IMG/VR virus record: IMGVR_UViG_3300025885_000002
Span: 4,801 to 68,800 of that record
Strand: one strand, 5' to 3'
Length of the DNA stretch: 64,000 nt
DNA from: a virus
Taxonomy: Duplodnaviria; Caudoviricetes
Both the position numbers and the translations under genes were made by a program. The notes beneath the pieces are model-generated. The model saw only the letters and a list, made by a program, of their open reading frames with translations, did not search any database and was not told the origin of the DNA. This document shows positions 59,627 through 64,000 of the stretch, piece by piece (positions within the stretch are counted from its first letter, which is position 1; each line of letters starts with the position of its first letter).

Positions 59627-62600
59627 CTACAGGAGCGTGATTACCTGCGGACTGTTGTTAATGATTTTGTAGAAAATCTTATAGGTCGTTTCAGTGAGCG
59701 ACCCGGTTGGCGTCACTTGCACCGTGACCTTATTCGTCCCGTCGACGGCAGCCCAAGTTGCCGTCAGAGTTCCCGACGACACAGCCTTTGCATCGTTTGA
59801 GGTGTTGTTTGTGAAAGTCTTTGTATAGGTTCCCGCCTTGTTTACCACCGCGAAGGTTGTAATACCCGAGAACGCCTGATGATCGGTGCCATTCGACGCG
59901 ATGATTGTCCATTCAATTTGGCCGCCAGCCATCGTTCCGGCCGCCAGAGCAATTTCAAACAGGCTGGTTGCCGCGTCGGTCACATTCTTATCGAGCCCAA
60001 CAAACTCCCGGGCAATTCTGGTCGCAGTTTGTTTCGGCGTCGTCTCCCATCTAAGATAGGAGCCTTGGGCTGTCGAAATGGTCCACGCTTCTGAAGAGAA
60101 GCCGACCATTGCGGCACCGTTCGAAAGCGAAGCGACACTGGCACCGTTCTTCGCGCCGAACGTATAGAATGCTATACGGTGATCCGCTGCTGAAGGCACC
60201 GTGCTGTAGCCTGCTTGGATACCTGCCCCTCCACCCGCAGAGGTTGCACTTGAATTGATGATGTGAAGTTGAGCTACACCGGTATCAATGATTTCCAGCT
60301 TGCACACGCCGCCCGCCACACCGGCAACCGTTGCACCGATTCGGACCGAACCCTTACCCGCACTGTCATAGTCGGGGGCCGGATTCAGGAAGATGTCCGC
60401 GAAGATCGAGCCCGAAGATGGGGCAGCGTTCGACGTACCGCGAAGAATCAGCTGATCGTTGATAGTGGTGCCACCCACCATTGTAGGCTGGACCAGGATG
60501 GCAGGATGGCTTAACAGAACGGTCGCGCCGGCACCGTTGTCCGTCAGGGTATGCTGGCCAGCAGTGACCGACAAGGTTCGGCTCTGTGGCCACGCCAAAG
60601 TATCAGGTGTCAGCAGGAGAACCTGAGAGCTCGTGCCCGCTGCGTTTGGTACCCAACTCAACACCCCCGCAGAGGTAGACTGCAGGATCATGTTCGACAC
60701 TGGATAAGCCGGGAGGGTATAAATCGCGTTCGACGCGACAGCATCAGGAGCTTTGAATCCTATGTAGTTGACTCCATTCGCTGCCAACTCCAAAAACCGT
60801 ATTTCGTTGGTATTCCCCGCAGCCGCGCCATAGGGTTTGAGTGACAATCCCGCAGAACCTGTCACCGACCACGAACCACCAAACATCTCCTGTTGATCCG
60901 TCACTCCCCAAAACTTGTTATCCGTCGGCGTCGTGCCCACGCCGCCGTCTATTGTCGGCAAGCCCCAGAACGCCAACCCATAACCTGTTGCAGGAGCCCA
61001 GGTCGCAAGCGAGTTGTCGATGACATAGGAGTTCGCTGCCGAGGTTGCGTTGATCGAGCAGCCGTTGAAAAAGTTGTTAACCGGGAAGTTCGCCACGCCA
61101 GCAATCGGCCGCACGCGCAACCCGGTCGCCGCTTTCGCCGTCACGCCCCAGAAATAATTATGATCGCAGTAGCCGAGGGTGATCGCCGTCCCACCCGTTC
61201 CGCCGTCTCCCCGGATACCACCGCCCTTGAACTGCCACTGAGCAACAGGACCGGAATTCCCAATCCGCAAGAGGGTGATGTTATTCACCCCAACAGTGTT
61301 GATGCTGAGATCCTCGACCAGCCCGTTGAATCCCTGAACTCCGACGAACGAACCGCCGTTGAAGGTGTTCGTGTTGTAGGAGTCGATATCTACCGCGACG
61401 TTATTGTTCGGTGCAACCGCACCCGCCACGATCCCGGTGACAATGATCCGACGAAGAACCGTAAAGGCCGAGTGAACCGCTTGAATCGCTCCCGTTGCCG
61501 TACTGTTCCCATCGAGAAACAGTTCTTCGAGTCCCGCCCCGGCAATCGGACCGTTGATCTTGATCATTATCGCTGCGCCGCCGCCCCAGCGAAGCTTGAC
61601 AGCGGGACGATGACCAGTGAGATAGCTATGTCCCGAACCCACGCCGACCCACCGAACGCCGTCATAGGTTGAGACTGTGGTCGCGTTGCCGTTGCCCAGA
61701 TTGAGCGTGGAATTGAACTTGTAGGCGATAGGCGGTTGCGGAAAGTACACAACCCCCCCGCCGGCGGCCGCACAAGCATCATTCGCAGCCTGTATCGCGG
61801 CCGCGTCGTCGGTACTATTGTCGCCCACCGCGCCGTAAGCCATGACGTTGAAGACCTGGCCACCCTTGTCCCATAACCCACCGCTGAATGTCTTGAGTCC
61901 AGGAATCGTCTGCGCCGCATTGCTCAACATCCCCGAGGTCACTGACGAGGCCGCCATCAAGGGGAAGTGCAGAGTAATGGAGTTCGCCGCATAGGTGGCA
62001 TTCGGAAAGTTTCCCGTCGCGCCAAAGAGAATATCGCGATACTCGTGAGCATTCCCCGCGGAGTTGACGCTGACCACTCTATTCGCGGCGCCAAGAACAA
62101 GCCCGATGCCGCCGTTTGCCGGCGGAAGCAGTCCGGTTACTCCCGCGGTCAAATCCACTTGGGCCCAACTCGCATCCGTTCCATTACTCGAGATGTAGCG
62201 GTTCGCAGCGCCAAGAGGGAGTCTCGCGGTTACGTTCGACGAGTTGCGGAAAATCAAGTCGCCCCGGGTCGTCATCGGGTCCGCGAACCCCGCCACGGGC
62301 GCAGCGTTGATCCAGTTCGAGCCGTCCCAACTTATGACGTGGTTCAGCACGGGCGCCGAGATCGTCGTTCGCAGGGCAACCGTGCCCGTCCCACTGACCG
62401 TTGCGTAGTCGGTCAGATCGGTGACGCTCCAGACTTCCTGTCCCTGAGAAGCGGTCAGCTTACCGGCTGAGAGTCCCGCATATCCATTGGTGGCGTTCTT
62501 ATTGGCCGCGTTCTCCGGTGTGAATCCCAACGCGGCCTGCTTACTGTTGAACGTAGTCCAGTCAGCTGCTGCCAAGTACCCATTCTGACCGGCAGTCGCC

Positions 62601-63316
62601 ACGGGCATCGAGACGGTATTGCTCGCAAAGACAACTGGCGCTGTCGCGCTGATTGGCGCTTGATAATCCGTTCCTGCGACTCCAATGCTCTGGACGCCAG
62701 TCCCGGTCGTATTCTTGACCAGCCCGGTTCCGAGCGAACCCATCACCTGGGCGTTCGCAAGTCCACCAGCCGCCGTCTTCAGGAGATAGGTCGCGTTCGA
62801 AGGCGCAAAGCTTCCCCCGGACGTTAACTGAGCAACAAGCCGGGTTACTTCATCGCGGGTTGGATAGGTATCAACAGGCAGGGACGGAGAAGGGGTGTTG
62901 TACTGAATGAGATCCGACCAGGAAGCGCAGGTACCGAGGGGCGTGCATCCCGAGCCGGAGATTATCTGCGCCGGAATAGTCAGCCCATTCTGAGTGTTGG
63001 GAATTTCGTCAATCGGCGTGATCGAGTTTCCCACTACGGACACGACCCAGAAATGCAGCCGCACATTCGAGCCGCGGATTGCATCACGAGTCGACGTCAG
63101 CGTGAACAGCGGAATCGTAAGAGTGTGCTGTGTGGTGTTGACGACCAGGCTGGGGACGCGCTGAGTCCAGACTCGGTCGTTGATGTCCCCGGCCCCATGG
63201 GGAATCCCGGCGACATCAACCCAATCACGGTCCGAGAAGACCCATAGTTCGATGCCGGATGTTCGGATATCCTGCCACCCGGTAAGAACTATGCTTTGAA
63301 CGTCGATATTTGCCAT
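59627..63316 (-). CDS. Tailspike / tail fibre with pectate-lyase-like beta-helix
   Basis: VFNVMAYGAVGDNSTDDAAAIQAA...GGGVVYFP (Pectate_lyase_3-type start), Gly/Asn-rich beta-helix, fibre-like linker regions. Confidence 0.88.
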   Translation of the reverse strand: MANIDVQSIVLTGWQDIRTSGIELWVFSDRDWVDVAGIPHGAGDINDRVWTQRVPSLVVNTTQHTLTIPLFTLTSTRDAIRGSNVRLHFWVVSVVGNSITPIDEIPNTQNGLTIPAQIISGSGCTPLGTCASWSDLIQYNTPSPSLPVDTYPTRDEVTRLVAQLTSGGSFAPSNATYLLKTAAGGLANAQVMGSLGTGLVKNTTGTGVQSIGVAGTDYQAPISATAPVVFASNTVSMPVATAGQNGYLAAADWTTFNSKQAALGFTPENAANKNATNGYAGLSAGKLTASQGQEVWSVTDLTDYATVSGTGTVALRTTISAPVLNHVISWDGSNWINAAPVAGFADPMTTRGDLIFRNSSNVTARLPLGAANRYISSNGTDASWAQVDLTAGVTGLLPPANGGIGLVLGAANRVVSVNSAGNAHEYRDILFGATGNFPNATYAANSITLHFPLMAASSVTSGMLSNAAQTIPGLKTFSGGLWDKGGQVFNVMAYGAVGDNSTDDAAAIQAANDACAAAGGGVVYFPQPPIAYKFNSTLNLGNGNATTVSTYDGVRWVGVGSGHSYLTGHRPAVKLRWGGGAAIMIKINGPIAGAGLEELFLDGNSTATGAIQAVHSAFTVLRRIIVTGIVAGAVAPNNNVAVDIDSYNTNTFNGGSFVGVQGFNGLVEDLSINTVGVNNITLLRIGNSGPVAQWQFKGGGIRGDGGTGGTAITLGYCDHNYFWGVTAKAATGLRVRPIAGVANFPVNNFFNGCSINATSAANSYVIDNSLATWAPATGYGLAFWGLPTIDGGVGTTPTDNKFWGVTDQQEMFGGSWSVTGSAGLSLKPYGAAAGNTNEIRFLELAANGVNYIGFKAPDAVASNAIYTLPAYPVSNMILQSTSAGVLSWVPNAAGTSSQVLLLTPDTLAWPQSRTLSVTAGQHTLTDNGAGATVLLSHPAILVQPTMVGGTTINDQLILRGTSNAAPSSGSIFADIFLNPAPDYDSAGKGSVRIGATVAGVAGGVCKLEIIDTGVAQLHIINSSATSAGGGAGIQAGYSTVPSAADHRIAFYTFGAKNGASVASLSNGAAMVGFSSEAWTISTAQGSYLRWETTPKQTATRIAREFVGLDKNVTDAATSLFEIALAAGTMAGGQIEWTIIASNGTDHQAFSGITTFAVVNKAGTYTKTFTNNTSNDAKAVSSGTLTATWAAVDGTNKVTVQVTPTGSLTETTYKIFYKIINNSPQVITLL

Positions 63317-63323
63317 TTCGGTC

Positions 63324-63761
63324 TTATTCGATGATCAGCCACGACAAAGCGAGCAACGATGATGCGGTGATCGAAATACCGCGGAGGTCTGCGATGGGAA
63401 TTTGCGCACCCTTGATTGTCACCGACATCGCCTTCAGTTCACACCACTCTCGTTCGAATCCTTCTTGGGCTTCAGGAGTAGGAAAGGTGTAGGTGGTCTG
63501 ATCCTCACTCAGCGTCCCATACTGCTGACATAGTTTAAGCCGCGTTTCGTTGGCCGCCTCAAGTTCCTGACCGGCAGCCTTCGCGACCTTCGCCAGGATA
63601 AATGCCTGCGTTGCGGGGAGCCTTTCGGTAGTCAGCATCTGAAGGGCTCCGCTTGAGTTGAATAGCTCACCGATGGTCACTGCGATCTCGCCTTGCTTGA
63701 CCGCCTTTTTGGCCTCCTGTCGTTCGTGTGCTCGCTGTATAGAACGCACCTTGCTTGCCAT
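63324..63761 (-). CDS. Hypothetical phage protein (tail-module associated)
   Basis: 145 aa; RLKLCQQYG and ISITASSLLALSWLI pattern of small tail-module proteins. Confidence 0.7.
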   Translation of the reverse strand: MASKVRSIQRAHERQEAKKAVKQGEIAVTIGELFNSSGALQMLTTERLPATQAFILAKVAKAAGQELEAANETRLKLCQQYGTLSEDQTTYTFPTPEAQEGFEREWCELKAMSVTIKGAQIPIADLRGISITASSLLALSWLIIE

Positions 63762-63789
63762 ATTAGTTAGTAGATCTCCTTTCTCTATC

Positions 63790-64000
63790 TTAGAACTGCC
63801 CAGCGTCGAACCGGTCTTTTAGTCGCCGCGCCACATCTGCGGCGAGCAATCGGACACTCGCCGCTGCCGACTCAGCGGTGAGTCCATCGAGCGCAAGAGA
63901 TGGCCCCGTGACGGTCTCCGTCAAACCGAAGGCCCGGACGGCGGCAGATACCTTGACTTCGCTCCGCCGACTACAAGCGTCTGGGTGAACGGTGTCCAAA
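63790..64000 (-). CDS. C-terminal part of a gene entering from the right edge
   Basis: Frame open to the window end. Confidence 0.55.
   Translation of the reverse strand, partial: LDTVHPDACSRRSEVKVSAAVRAFGLTETVTGPSLALDGLTAESAAASVRLLAADVARRLKDRFDAGQF

Larger units (their letters stand above)
1..64000. mobile_element. Temperate tailed phage genome segment (podovirus-like morphogenesis set), apparently non-integrated
   Basis: Terminase, portal, scaffold, capsid, tailspike, integrase, RecT/YqaJ and primase-helicase in dense co-oriented operons; no bacterial housekeeping genes; attP-like core with phage genes on both sides. Confidence 0.95.

Noticed and set aside
1-64000. CRISPR array, diversity-generating retroelement, intron or IS element
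   Set aside because: No spaced repeat array, reverse transcriptase, template/variable repeat pair, transposase or split conserved gene was seen
1-64000. Stop-codon reassignment
   Set aside because: Conserved genes are full length in the standard code, and TAG is used as a true stop (e.g. terL, ATPase)

Overview
The whole window is temperate tailed-phage DNA with a podovirus-like gene set. It contains TerS/TerL, a P22-type portal, scaffold, an HK97-fold capsid, a cluster of large presumed ejection proteins and a beta-helix tailspike, with no tape measure, tail tube or sheath inside the window. Most genes are on the minus strand. The order from high to low coordinates is tailspike and ejection proteins, a membrane/lysis-like cassette, a PIN cassette, attP and integrase, accessory genes, a double ribbon-helix-helix switch, early recombination/nucleotide/replication genes, then packaging and head genes. 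The integrase is followed by only the 3' half of a tRNA-His with phage genes on both sides, so this looks like an intact attP (a non-integrated genome). Both window ends cut genes, so part of the virion module is missing. Strongest leads: (1) a 2393-aa presumed ejected protein carrying an M15 peptidase, a GGDEF-like cyclase and an Acb1-like 2H phosphoesterase; (2) a TPR-like protein gene overlapping head-to-head with a secreted Cys-rich peptide precursor beside a repressor that has no autocleavage domain; (3) a 155-nt promoter-proximal leader with three mutually crossing long helices that can occlude the RBS of the replication operon; (4) a SLADRVK-like peptide shared by the scaffold C-terminus and three small basic head-module proteins; (5) a tandem GCACCCC site shared by the attP arms and the presumed late promoter. 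All family assignments are from motif recognition by eye; no searches or folding programs were run.
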